The translations under genes were made by a program, and so were the position numbers. The notes under the pieces were generated by a model. It saw only the letters and a program-made list of their open reading frames with translations. It was not told the origin of the DNA and made no database searches. From assembly GCA_020346185.1 (NCBI GenBank), contig CP070775.1, positions 725,398 through 789,397 on the forward strand: a DNA stretch of 64,000 bases, read 5' to 3'. The DNA comes from Betaproteobacteria bacterium. GTDB taxonomy: Bacteria > Pseudomonadota > Gammaproteobacteria > Burkholderiales > Eutrophovitaceae. How positions within the stretch are numbered: the stretch's first letter is position 1; every line of letters begins with the position of its first letter. Positions 9,297 to 20,100 of this stretch are shown here, in pieces.

Positions 9297-10745
9297 TTAC
9301 ACCAGAAATAGCGTCGCCAGCCCGAGAAAGATAAGAAAGCCCATGCTGTCGGTACTGAATGTGAGCAACACCGACGAGCCGATCGCCGGATCACGTTTCA
9401 TGCGCTCCAACAACATAGGTGCCAGCATTCCGACCACGGCCCCGACCATCAGGTTCAGCATCATCGCGCCGACCATCACCAGGCCAAGACCAACGTTTCC
9501 GTACAACCACCAGGCAAACAGGCCTGCAACACTGCCCCACATCAAACCATTGACCGTTGCAATTGCGAGCTCCTTGATTAACAGCCTGCGCGCGTTGTCC
9601 TTGTTGATCTCACCAAATGCGAGCGCACGCACAATGAGTGCGACGGTCTGGTTTCCTGAGTTGCCCGCAATGGCCGCAACAATCGGCATCAGTGCTGCGA
9701 GAGCGACCAGTTTTTCAATCGATCCCTCGAAAAGGCCGATCACACGCGAAGCAAAGAAAGCGGTACATAAATTTACTGCCAGCCATAGCCAGCGATTCCT
9801 GGCACTTTTCCAGACGGATGAGAACAAGTCCTCATCGCGCAATCCGACCTTGCCAAGCATTTCATGCTCGGCATCCTCCCGAATGTAATCAACGATGTCG
9901 GTGATCGTGATACGCCCGACGATCCGCTGGCTCGCATCAACCACCGGCGCGGATACCAGATCGTAACGCTCCACTGCCTGCGTTGCCTCGTCTGCTTCGT
10001 CCTCGGGATGAAATGTCAGATAGTCCCTTGCCATGACTTCCGAGACGAGCTTCTCGGGCGCAGACACGATCAGCTCACTGATTGGCAAGACACCTCGCAG
10101 GACATTATGACGATCAACAACGAAAAGCTTGTCCGTGTTTGACGGCAGTTCATCCATACGAAGCAGGTACCGCAGTACGACCTCCAGAGTAACGTCCTCA
10201 CGCACCGTCACCATCTCGAAGTCCATCAGCGCGCCGACCGTGTTCTCCGGATAGGAAAGTGCCGCGCGAAGCTGTTCGCGCTCTTCAGACGAGAGGGAAC
10301 GGAATACATCGGCGATCACCTCATCCGGAAGGTCCGGGGCCAGATCGGCAATTTCGTCGGCATCGAGCTGCTCTGTCGCGGCCAACAGCTCCTCCGGGTC
10401 CATGTCCGCGATCAGTGTTTCACGGACTGCGTCGGACGCTTCGAGAAGAACGTCGCCATCCAGATCCGCCTTGACCAGATTCCACACGCTCGTACGCTCA
10501 TCGAGCGGCAGTTGCTCGAGAATCGCTGCAATATCGGCCGGGTGAAGCTTATCGAGTTTGTTCTTCAGTGCCGCGACGTTTTGCTTGTGCAACAGCCCTT
10601 CGACCAGATCTTGCCGCGGCATGTCCTGCTTGTGCACGAGCCCCTCGACAAGCTCTTGCTTCTGCAGGATAGCGCGCACCTCGGCAGCGGCCTCCGGGAC
10701 GCTTTCGACGCGTTGGTACTTGCTGTCGTTTCCTTGGTCTGCCAT
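9297..10745 (-). CDS. mgtE: Magnesium transporter MgtE
   Basis: N-domain, tandem CBS domains and a C-terminal five-TM MgtE domain (GNSGNQTVALIVRALA). Confidence 0.9.
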   Translation of the reverse strand: MADQGNDSKYQRVESVPEAAAEVRAILQKQELVEGLVHKQDMPRQDLVEGLLHKQNVAALKNKLDKLHPADIAAILEQLPLDERTSVWNLVKADLDGDVLLEASDAVRETLIADMDPEELLAATEQLDADEIADLAPDLPDEVIADVFRSLSSEEREQLRAALSYPENTVGALMDFEMVTVREDVTLEVVLRYLLRMDELPSNTDKLFVVDRHNVLRGVLPISELIVSAPEKLVSEVMARDYLTFHPEDEADEATQAVERYDLVSAPVVDASQRIVGRITITDIVDYIREDAEHEMLGKVGLRDEDLFSSVWKSARNRWLWLAVNLCTAFFASRVIGLFEGSIEKLVALAALMPIVAAIAGNSGNQTVALIVRALAFGEINKDNARRLLIKELAIATVNGLMWGSVAGLFAWWLYGNVGLGLVMVGAMMLNLMVGAVVGMLAPMLLERMKRDPAIGSSVLLTFSTDSMGFLIFLGLATLFLV

Positions 10746-10916
10746 AAGACGTCAGCACCGCTTGTTTTCTTGGCCGCGAGATTCTGCGACCTATCCCGAA
10801 TGCGCTTGAGGGACACCGAACTGTTCCGGGGCGGCAGCAAACCTGTCCCCATCCGGCAGCTTAGCCAAACATTGTCTGGCTAGTGGCTAGCCCACCTGAA
10901 CTTCGTCCAAGAAGAA

Positions 10917-11708
10917 TCAGTGCGGAGTCAAGACAGCAAAGGGCTCGGCCTCGCACTGCACACGGTCGTTTTTCATATCAGCGCGGAACAACTGCAGCTT
11001 GCCTGCTTTCCACGCATATCCGTAGTAGCTTATTCCTCCCGGAGCGTCTAGATCCTCCGCTTCGAAGTACTCGCATCGCGCTTTCCGGTCGTTAATCGAG
11101 AGTTCGTAATAGAAACTCTCTTCCGGAAAGGTCGCCTGCCCTTGCTCGGTAAACGACCACTCGCGACCGTCACTGTCCTTGTAACGTCCGGCCAGAACGA
11201 GGCCGTTCATTACCGGGCCGAGCTCCATTCCGACGTGCTCATAATCGGCCCACTTTCCGTCCATGATGAACACTTCCTGAAACGCCAGCTTGCGAAACTT
11301 GCGGTCCGCATCGCGTTGCCCCTTGAACCAGATGTAGGTCACGTCCTCGGCCGAGGTCGGCTCGTTCTTCTCTCCCAGAACCAGGCGGTACGAATTCGCT
11401 TTGATGTCCGGCTCGAGAGCGAGAATCATCATGAACGCAGCCTTATCGAAATCCGTGGCCACATACGGATAGGATCGCCCCTGGCGTGTGATCGCAATGA
11501 CCACCGGCGACGCTTGCTTTGCCGCTCGATGGGGCATGCGCACTGTCCTCAGCGCCTTGATATAAGCATCATTCATCCAGATGCCTTCGAGCTCGGAAAT
11601 GAATACACGATCTCCTCGCGGTTGATTCTGCGCCATTGCCGTCACAGAACCGCTGCACAGGCAAACGGCACAAACAATTGTCAATATTTTTGTCGGTCTC
11701 ATGTTCAC
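10917..11708 (-). CDS. Hypothetical secreted protein
   Basis: Signal peptide MNMRPTKILTIVCAVCLCSGSVTAMA. I recognise no family. Confidence 0.55.
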   Translation of the reverse strand: MNMRPTKILTIVCAVCLCSGSVTAMAQNQPRGDRVFISELEGIWMNDAYIKALRTVRMPHRAAKQASPVVIAITRQGRSYPYVATDFDKAAFMMILALEPDIKANSYRLVLGEKNEPTSAEDVTYIWFKGQRDADRKFRKLAFQEVFIMDGKWADYEHVGMELGPVMNGLVLAGRYKDSDGREWSFTEQGQATFPEESFYYELSINDRKARCEYFEAEDLDAPGGISYYGYAWKAGKLQLFRADMKNDRVQCEAEPFAVLTPH

Positions 11709-11775
11709 TGAACTCTTTCGCTCCAGACTTTCAAAACATCGCTGCTATGAAAACTTGCTGCTATCAAAATTGTGG

Positions 11776-13242
11776 CTATCCAAAAATTTCGGGCCGTTGT
11801 TTCCAGTAGCCGGTCGCCTGTTCGAAGGCGTGTCCAAACTGGAGCACACCGAAATCGTCTCGATAACGCCCAACCATCTGAATTCCGACTGGCAGGTCAT
11901 CGGCAGAGAACCCGCTCGGCACCGACAGTGCCGGTTGTCCGGTAACGCTGATCCAGTAGCATGACTTCATCCAGTCGATATATGTCCCCATGGTCTGGCC
12001 ATTAATCTCAGTCACATAAGGCTGGCTGACATCGAAAGGCAAGACCTGCACCACCGGCGCGACCAGAAAGTCGTAATTGTCCATGAATTCGCGCATCCGG
12101 TGAAACAAGCGCGTGCGCGCGCGCTCAGCCGCAGCGACCTCAGAGCCCGACTGGCGCAGCCCTCGTTCGATATTCCAGACCACGGTGTCTTTCATTTGTT
12201 GGCGAGCGCTTTTCAGAAGTTCCCCGTACGACGATTCGAAATTCCAGGCGCGCAACACCTGGAAAATTTCGTCCGCCTCTTGCAGGGCGGGGTCTGCCTC
12301 CTCGACGATGCAACCCAGGTCCTCGAGTACCTGTCTGTGTGCCTCGAGCACCCGCGTGACTCCCGCGTCAACGGGCAGGCCTCCGAGGCTGCGGCTCCAG
12401 GCAACGCGCGTTCCCTTGAACTCCCGTTCCAAAGGCCGTGAGAACAGCGAAGCAGGCTGTTCGATTGCGATAGGCGAGCGCCGGTCCGGGCCGGCAATCG
12501 CCGACATCATCAGCGCCACGTCGCTAACGGTGCGCGCCATTGGTCCCACCACAGAGAGCGAGAACCACGCTGAATCCGTCGGCCACTTCGGCACCCGCCC
12601 TGCCGAGGGCCGCAAACCGACTACGTTGCAGAAACTGGCCGGATTGCGTAACGATCCGCCCAAGTCTGATCCGTCGGCAATCGGAATCATCCCGCTCGCC
12701 AGAGCGGCGGCGGCACCGCCGCTCGATCCACCGCATGTTTTCTGCAGATCGTACGGATTGCGCGTCGCTCCAAATACCGCATTGAACGTCTGCGATCCGG
12801 CGCCAAACTCAGGCGTGTTGGTCTTGCCCACGGTCAGCGCACCGCCATGTCTGAGCCGTTCGACGATGAGAGCGTCTTGTTCAGGAACAAAGTCGGCGAA
12901 GATCGGTGATCCAAACGTAGTACGAACGCCCCGGGTCACGGCAAGATCCTTGTGAGCCACTGGCAAACCAGACAAAGGGCCGCAGTCCTCGCCTCGTCCG
13001 AGACGCGCGTCGCAGTCGCGTGCCGCATCAAGCGCCCGGTCCGCGACCAGAGTAACAATCGCATTGACCCGACCGTTGCTGCGCTCGATTTGCTCGAGAT
13101 GGGCCTGCATGACTTCCAGCACAGACACCTCGCGAGCGCGCATCAGCCGCACGAGCTCAGTCGCGGGCAAAAAGCACAGTTCCTTTGGTTCCATGCCAGG
13201 CATGGTAACCGACAATTCGAATCGACCCGACGCAGAAGTCAA
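11776..13242 (-). CDS. Amidase-signature family amidase
   Basis: The GGSSGGAAAALASG signature with the Ser-cisSer-Lys context; 488 aa. Confidence 0.85.
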   Translation of the reverse strand: MTSASGRFELSVTMPGMEPKELCFLPATELVRLMRAREVSVLEVMQAHLEQIERSNGRVNAIVTLVADRALDAARDCDARLGRGEDCGPLSGLPVAHKDLAVTRGVRTTFGSPIFADFVPEQDALIVERLRHGGALTVGKTNTPEFGAGSQTFNAVFGATRNPYDLQKTCGGSSGGAAAALASGMIPIADGSDLGGSLRNPASFCNVVGLRPSAGRVPKWPTDSAWFSLSVVGPMARTVSDVALMMSAIAGPDRRSPIAIEQPASLFSRPLEREFKGTRVAWSRSLGGLPVDAGVTRVLEAHRQVLEDLGCIVEEADPALQEADEIFQVLRAWNFESSYGELLKSARQQMKDTVVWNIERGLRQSGSEVAAAERARTRLFHRMREFMDNYDFLVAPVVQVLPFDVSQPYVTEINGQTMGTYIDWMKSCYWISVTGQPALSVPSGFSADDLPVGIQMVGRYRDDFGVLQFGHAFEQATGYWKQRPEIFG

Positions 13243-13297
13243 GTGAGAATCCCGTCAACGGCACCACCCGTGACTGTTGTCGTCTCACCCCAAACCT

Positions 13298-13338
13298 ACC
13301 ACCGCGGAGGCCGCGAAGGACGCAGAGAGAAACTGAGG
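13298..13338. repeat. Single family-1 REP-like unit
   Basis: accaccgcggaggccgcgaaggacgcagagagaaactgagg matches the units at 607, 5844 and 5896. Confidence 0.65.
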
Positions 13339-13377
13339 TTCAGGACCGTTCGTGCCTTAGTCTAATAGCGTCGCCTC

Positions 13378-13500
13378 CTGCGTCACCCAGCTCGCCGCTA
13401 ACATCAAGAACGACCTTCCCAAAAATGGCCTTCAGCGCGCAATACGGTTAGCAAGGAATGAAAGAAAAACGTAGCGAGCGGCGTTGAGCTGGGTGCGCAC
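13378..13500. repeat. Long imperfect inverted repeat, possibly a diverged family-2 element
   Basis: The reverse complement of ctgcgtcacccagctcgccgcta (13378-13400) matches tagcgagcggcgttgagctgggtgcgcac (13472-13500) apart from two short insertions. The left arm resembles the ctgcgtgacccgattgcg core of family 2. Confidence 0.45.
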
Positions 13501-13697
13501 TCGCTTTGATAGAACCAGCGCATGGCAACCGGAGTGTACCCAGCAAGTACATGAGGGTGAGAGCGAAATGGCGCGGCATGCCGTGCTATTTCGCAGCGCC
13601 CGGCCACTATGTTGCCGGGCCGAACCGCCGAAGGCGGGTGAGCATCGTATCGATTAGAACCGGCCGCAAGCCCTGATCAACGCCGTGCATTAGTTTT

Positions 13698-15110
13698 TCA
13701 AGGCGGTGCCATGATGGCATTGCGGTACTCAGCCGACACACCGTCTACAAAGATCGGATGCCCGCCAAGGATGCGGATGCCAAGCCTCTCATAAAGCGCT
13801 TCGTAGTCAGGAAATAGACGTTCTTTGATCTGCTGCTCGAACAGCTCGGAGAACACCGCTGTACCGGTCGCAGCGTCGAGCCTGGCTACGAAATCCTCTG
13901 CGCGCCATCGGTACATTTCATCCAGGCAGCAGTGGTGAATTTCATGCAACGCGTCACCCAGCGTCTGCGCTCCGTCGCTTAACTCGCGCAAGCGAAGATC
14001 GGCGGCAAGCATGTAGGCCGCACCACCCCAATATACTCGACGATACAAGCCGCGCCTGCCCAAGCGCTTGCCGGCTTCGTAAACGGTGAGCTTATGGCCG
14101 ATGCCCTTGGCAAAATCGAAGCCCTGATACATACGACGCCAGGCTTCTTCTGGCGGAATCAGCCCGCCGCGAGCCATCGCGACGTTTTGATAGTAGGTGG
14201 GGAGCCCTTCGACCAACCATGCATCGCCCCACTCCAGATAAGGCAAGAACAAGTGCGACATCTCATGCACCGCGGTCCAGTCGCGCATGAATTCCGGCTC
14301 CGCGTAACGGCCTTGCGCGAACAGGTGAATCGCCGGGCCACCACCTCTTGAAACATATGCCCACGGCACCGGTTTTTCGCCGCGCGGCGTTGGAGCGATA
14401 ACGACTTGCAACCGGTCGACGGGAAAGGCACCGTAAACCGTCACCAATGACCGCGCTGCACGCTCAATCCAGCGTTTGAGCATGTCGCGCAGCGCCGGCG
14501 GCGGGCTGTCGACCATTGCCACGTTCAGGCGGCCACCATCGACAGCAATGACGATCGGCTCGAATCTGCCGAGCGCGACCACTCCCGGCCACTCGCGTGG
14601 TGTGGCACCGGTGCGAAAGACGCCGTCCGCTACCTGCTGCCACGGCGCTGACACCGAAATCCCTGGCGGCAACTCGAAACGCACCTCGATGTCTTCGCCT
14701 TCGGCCAGATCAGCCGGGCGCCACAGCCAGTCGCCGATCGAGGTCAGCAAGTCACGGCCGATGCGCCGCGTTTCCGGCCCACCCAGCTGCACGCCGTTTG
14801 TTTGTGGGCGAAGCTGCACAATATATTCGACACACGCATTTTCAGGCAGATCCGTGAGAACCGCCTGCCAGTCAGTGACCTCGACTTGACCGACGCCCGG
14901 TGATGGCAGTTGCATCTTAGCCAGATGCAGCATCGCCGTGTCGTCTGCCACCAGACTGCTCGGCGCAGGTCCATCGAAACAGACCGTCACGTCGAACCGC
15001 TCAAGAGCGCGATCAACCGTCACGGTATAGTGATGCAGCGCTGGCGACGCGCTCGCGGGCAGGCCGAACGCAATGGCACATATGGCCGCAAAATAGAGGC
15101 GTAAATTCAA
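13698..15110 (-). CDS. Secreted HEXXH zinc metallopeptidase (gluzincin-like, M61/M1-like), paralog 2
   Basis: Signal peptide. HEMSH followed by WLVEGLPTYYQNV. About one third identical to the 15562..17052 product along the full length. Confidence 0.7.
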   Translation of the reverse strand: MNLRLYFAAICAIAFGLPASASPALHHYTVTVDRALERFDVTVCFDGPAPSSLVADDTAMLHLAKMQLPSPGVGQVEVTDWQAVLTDLPENACVEYIVQLRPQTNGVQLGGPETRRIGRDLLTSIGDWLWRPADLAEGEDIEVRFELPPGISVSAPWQQVADGVFRTGATPREWPGVVALGRFEPIVIAVDGGRLNVAMVDSPPPALRDMLKRWIERAARSLVTVYGAFPVDRLQVVIAPTPRGEKPVPWAYVSRGGGPAIHLFAQGRYAEPEFMRDWTAVHEMSHLFLPYLEWGDAWLVEGLPTYYQNVAMARGGLIPPEEAWRRMYQGFDFAKGIGHKLTVYEAGKRLGRRGLYRRVYWGGAAYMLAADLRLRELSDGAQTLGDALHEIHHCCLDEMYRWRAEDFVARLDAATGTAVFSELFEQQIKERLFPDYEALYERLGIRILGGHPIFVDGVSAEYRNAIMAPP

Positions 15111-15565
15111 CTCGAGCTCGGCTGCAGGCCGATCCCGCGCGCCGATAAAGATGCAGCCAACGGAATGGCGAGGAACAATATTGCTTCCGCGGTGAGGTAA
15201 CGCTTCACAAAAAACACCGTCCCCCGCTCAGGCAATTTCCCCATACTCTCCTCGCGATGCCACTGCAGGATGATACGAGCCGGCGAGATCGCGATCAGAA
15301 TCATCGCAGCAAATAACGCCAACTTGATGTAGAAGACCGGGTTACGAAGGTAAAACACCACGCTGCGTTCTGGCCAAACGAGCAGTGCCACGCCGCTTAC
15401 CAGCATGACACCCGCGGCGGCAGCAACACCAAATGAAAAACGCACAAAGCGCTCGACTTGTTGCCGGTCAACTAATCCGTCAATGCTTAGCAGTTGGACA
15501 AACAGTAGCGCCGCCATTGCCATCATCGACAGGCTGTGTAGATAGGCCAGCAACACCGACATCAT
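15107..15565 (-). CDS. Small four-TM membrane protein, DUF2214-like
   Basis: Four hydrophobic helices. The N-terminus (LLAYLHSLSMMAMAALLFVQLL) resembles DUF2214 as I recall it. There are 4-nt overlaps with both flanking peptidase genes. Confidence 0.6.
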   Translation of the reverse strand: MMSVLLAYLHSLSMMAMAALLFVQLLSIDGLVDRQQVERFVRFSFGVAAAAGVMLVSGVALLVWPERSVVFYLRNPVFYIKLALFAAMILIAISPARIILQWHREESMGKLPERGTVFFVKRYLTAEAILFLAIPLAASLSARGIGLQPSSS

Positions 15566-17052
15566 CTATCCAATGTAGCAGAGGGTGCCTGGATCGTACC
15601 CGCACCAGCACCATTGCCGCTCATGATCGCCCGGCGAAGATCGGCGTACGGCGCATCGGAAGCGAGCCGAACGCTGCGGCGCCCATAAGGTTCAAGACCG
15701 AGTTCGCGATACGCCGTCGAGAGGTCGGGAAACTGCTCCGAGTCTTCGTATTCGTTGAGCAACTGGGTAAAAACGTCTGTCCCGGTCAACTCGTCGAGCT
15801 TGGCAAACAGCTCACGCGCACGCCATTCGCGTTGCGGTTCAAAACAGCACGAGTTGAGCGCCGCCAATGCCGTATCGAGTGACTGCGCACCATCGCTGTA
15901 CTGCCTCAACCGCACGTCCGCCAGCAGCATGATCGCCGTTCCACTCCAATACACTTTCATGAACAAACGACTGTGATACATGCGCCGCGTCGCTTCTGAA
16001 AGGGTCAGGTCTTGGGCTTCGCGGCGCCCTCGCCCGAAGCCGGCATGCAGATTCTGCCAGACTGTCTGCTCGCTCAGGCGACCGGCCCGGGCCCGCAGGA
16101 CATTCTGATAATAGGTTGCGAGGCCTTCTGATACCCAAGCCTCTCTGGAGCGCACGAACGGCAACAGCAAGTGCGAAAACTCGTGCGCTGCCGTCCAGTC
16201 CTCGTAGAACTCGTTGATTGGCCGGCGCTGGTTAATGACGAAATGAACTGCCGGGCCGCCACCGCGCGTCACAAACGCCCATGGAGTTGGTTCACGCACA
16301 CGCGCGTTGGGCACCACCAGGACCTGCGCATTCGGATAGGGAAAACGGCCGTACAAACCGCCAACCATCACGGCGGCGTCGATCACCCAACCGCCAATCT
16401 CGTCACGGTCGACCGCGGGCGAACCGTCGAGTAAAGCAATACGCAGCTGCGAGCCGGCCACTTCAGCCGTCCTCTCCGTGAAGTGGCCAAAGGCGCTCCA
16501 GGCAGGCCAGTCTGAGGGCGTGCGGCCAAGGCGATAGGTCGGTTGGTCTGTTCCGTCGACTGGCGACCAAGGAACCGACATCCCAATCGATTCGGGAAGC
16601 TCGAAAACCAGCTCGACATCTTCGTCCTGATCGAGACGTTCCGGCCGCCATAACCACAGGCCCACTGAAACCGCGACATCACTGCCAACGCGCCGAACCT
16701 TCCCGCCGGTTCGGTCATGGCGCTTGATCGGGCGGGACACGTCGACCGCGTAGCGAACGCAACCATCGGCTGCAAGCGTTTTTAACGGGATCGAACCGCT
16801 TGGCTGGATCTCCTTGCCGGTTTTGTCGTTCCACACGCCGATCAAGGCGACCGACGCGTCCAACGACTCAGCCACCAGCCGGTCAGGTACTTGGCCATCG
16901 AAACAGGCTGTGACCGCCAGCCGGGTCAGCTCTGGATTGACCGAAACGGCGTAGCGGTGTATCCGCTCGGCGTGGGCGAGGCCACTGGCAGCAGCTATTG
17001 CAGCAAGACTAATCCTTGAAATAACATGAAGATACCGGTTAGAGACTTTCAT
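15562..17052 (-). CDS. Secreted HEXXH zinc metallopeptidase (gluzincin-like, M61/M1-like), paralog 1
   Basis: Signal peptide. HEFSH followed by WVSEGLATYYQNV. Blocks shared with paralog 2: PWAFVTRGGGPAVH, SDGAQSLD and a CC pair. Confidence 0.7.
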   Translation of the reverse strand: MKVSNRYLHVISRISLAAIAAASGLAHAERIHRYAVSVNPELTRLAVTACFDGQVPDRLVAESLDASVALIGVWNDKTGKEIQPSGSIPLKTLAADGCVRYAVDVSRPIKRHDRTGGKVRRVGSDVAVSVGLWLWRPERLDQDEDVELVFELPESIGMSVPWSPVDGTDQPTYRLGRTPSDWPAWSAFGHFTERTAEVAGSQLRIALLDGSPAVDRDEIGGWVIDAAVMVGGLYGRFPYPNAQVLVVPNARVREPTPWAFVTRGGGPAVHFVINQRRPINEFYEDWTAAHEFSHLLLPFVRSREAWVSEGLATYYQNVLRARAGRLSEQTVWQNLHAGFGRGRREAQDLTLSEATRRMYHSRLFMKVYWSGTAIMLLADVRLRQYSDGAQSLDTALAALNSCCFEPQREWRARELFAKLDELTGTDVFTQLLNEYEDSEQFPDLSTAYRELGLEPYGRRSVRLASDAPYADLRRAIMSGNGAGAGTIQAPSATLDR

Positions 17053-17189
17053 AGAGTCAACCGCAATCGAGAGAATACATGTTACCGTGATGGCCTCTAC
17101 ACGGCGTACCGCCAGGCGAGCCGTTCGATGGCGACAGACGGCTCCTGCTGGGCGAACGCGAGGAGCGCTGCCGTTCGTTGCAAAAACAC

Positions 17190-20100
17190 TCAGGCAGTCA
17201 CGGCCGCATTTGGTTCATACGCGAGATTGGGTGCCAGCCAGCGCTCGGCCTCCTCGACCGCCACACCGCGGCGCCTTGCGTAATCCTCGACCTGGTCGCG
17301 GTCAATGCGAGCAACGGCAAAATAACGGGCTTCCGGGTGCGAGAAGTAAAAGCCACTCACTGCGGCTGCCGGCATCATGGCGTAAGACTCCGTCAGGCTG
17401 ATACCCGCATTTCTTGTCGCGTCGAGAAGTTCGAACAGCGGGCCTTTTTCGGTGTGATCCGGACAGGCCGGGTATCCGGGTGCGGGACGGATACCACGAT
17501 AGTTCTCCGCGATGATTTCACCGCCGGTGAGTTTCTCTTCGCTCGCATAGCCCCACCATTCGGTACGCACGCGCCGATGCATCAGTTCCGCAAGTGCTTC
17601 GGCGAGCCGGTCCGCCAGAGCCTTGAGCATAATGGCGTTGTAGTCATCATGGCGCGCCTCGTAGCCGGCAACACGCTCTTCAATGCCGATACCGGCAGTG
17701 ACCGCGAACGCCCCGAGATAATCGGCCACGCCGGTATCCTTCGGAGCAACATAGTCAGCGAGGCAATGATTGAAGCGGTCGGCCGGTTTGACCATCTGCT
17801 GGCGCAGGAAATGGAACCGCTTCAGCACCTTCGTGCGCGACTCATCGTCGTAAACTTCTATGTCGTCACCGACGCTGTTTGCCGGGAACAGTCCAACCAC
17901 GGCATTGGCGCGCAGCCAGCGCTCGTCGATGATACTAGCCAGCATTTTTTGCGCATCTTCGAACAGGTCGCGCGCTGCCTTGCCAACCACCTCGTCTTGC
18001 AGGATCTTCGGATAACGGCCGGCCAGCTCCCATGTCTGAAAAAACGGTGTCCAGTCAATGTACTTCGCAACGTCGGCAAGCGGATAATCATGCAGCACTC
18101 GCAAGCCAAGCCTGGCGGGCACCGGCGGGATCACCTTGCCCCAGTCGGTCGTGACGCCGTGCTCGCGCGCCGCGGCGATGGAATGGTGCGGCCCCTGTCC
18201 TTTCTTGCCCTGATGCAGCGCCCGCGTCCTGGCGGCCTCGTCCCGAACCTTTTTCAAGTACTCATCTCGCAATTCGTTGGATATCAGACTGGTACAAACA
18301 CCGACCGAACGCGATGCATCCGGCACCCAAACGGTTGGCCCCGCAGAATAATTGGGCTCGATCTTGACCGCCGTGTGCACGCGTGAAGTCGTCGCGCCGC
18401 CGATCAACAGCGGCGCCGAAAACCCAAGACGCTGCATTTCTTTGGCGACGTGCGCCATTTCCTCCAATGACGGCGTAATCAAGCCGGACAAACCGATGAT
18501 GTCCGCGTCGACCTCGCGCGCGGTTTGCAAGATGCGCTCGGCCGGCACCATCACACCCAGATTGACCACCTCGAAGTTGTTGCATTGGAGAACCACCGCA
18601 ACGATGTTCTTGCCAATGTCATGCACGTCCCCCTTGACGGTGGCGAGAAGAATCCGGCCCTTTGGCTTGCCGGCGTCACCGGACTTCGCTTTTTCTTCCT
18701 CGATGAAAGGCACGAGGTGCGCCACCGCCTCTTTCATGACGCGCGCCGATTTCACCACCTGTGGCAGAAACATCTTGCCGGCACCGAACAGATCACCTAC
18801 CACGTTCATACCGTCCATCAATGGACCTTCGATGACCTCTATGGGATGCTTTACCGCCAATCGAGCTTCTTCCGTGTCTTCGACGATGTAGCTGTTGATG
18901 CCCTTCACCAGTGCGTGGGTCAGCCGCTCGCTGACACTGCCTTCACGCCACGACAAATCCTCCCGCGCAACTTTTTTCTCGGCGGAGTAGCCTTCGGCGA
19001 ACTCCACCAATCGCTCGGTGGCATCATTGCGCCGATTGAACAACACATCCTCGATGCGTTCCAGCAGTTCCCCGTTAATGTCTTCGTAGACGCCAAGCTG
19101 GCCGGCGTTGACAATGCCCATGGTCATGCCGGCCTGGACCGCGTGATAAAGAAACACCGTATGGATTGCCTCGCGGATACCATCGTTGCCACGGAACGAG
19201 AATGAAATATTCGAAACACCGCCTGACACGCTCGCGTAGGGCAGATGTTCCTTGATATGGCGGGTCGCCTCGATGAAGTCGATTCCGTAGCTCGCATGCT
19301 CCTCGATGCCGGTCGCCACCGCAAAGACATTCGGGTCGAAAATGATGTCTTCCGGCGGAAAACCGACCTCGTCAACCAGCAGGTTATACGCACGCCTACA
19401 GATCTCGATGCGCCGCTGCATCGTGTCAGCCTGACCTTTCTCGTCAAAGGCCATGACGATGGCCGCGGCACCATAGCGGCGCGCCAATTTCGCCTGACGG
19501 ATGAATTCATCCTCCCCCTCCTTGAGGCTGATCGAGTTCACCACCGGCTTGCCCTGCACGCACTTCAGTCCGGCTTCGATGACAACCCACTTGGACGAGT
19601 CGAGCATCGCCGGCACTCGCGAGATATCCGGCTCGGACGCAATCAGGTTCATGAAGCGAGTCATGGTCGCCTCAGAATCGAGCATCGCCTCGTCCATGTT
19701 CACATCAATGATCTGGGCGCCGTTGTCAACCTGCTGACGCGCCACCGACAGCGCCTGCGGATAATCTTCCGCGACAATAAGGCGCGCGAAAGCGCGCGAT
19801 CCGGTAACGTTGGTGCGTTCACCGACATTCACGAAAAGCGAATCCTTGCCGATATTCAGAGGCTCGAGCCCAGCAAGACGTAGTTTTTTCTCGATCTGTG
19901 GTGGCACACGCGGCGCGAGTTTGTCGAGCCGGCTGGCGATCTCCCGAATGTGTGCCGGCGTCGTGCCGCAGCAACCGCCAGCGATGTTGAGGAATCCGGC
20001 ATTGGCAAACTCTTCGAGAAACGAGGCCGTGTATTCCGGCGTTTCGTCGTATTCGCCAAACGCATTTGGCAGCCCGGCGTTCGGATGCAGGCTGGTATGC

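Noticed and set aside
9079-9888. 269-aa plus-strand ORF overlapping the msrP start and mgtE
   Set aside because: Antisense to the clearly conserved MgtE TM domain, with no recognisable motifs.
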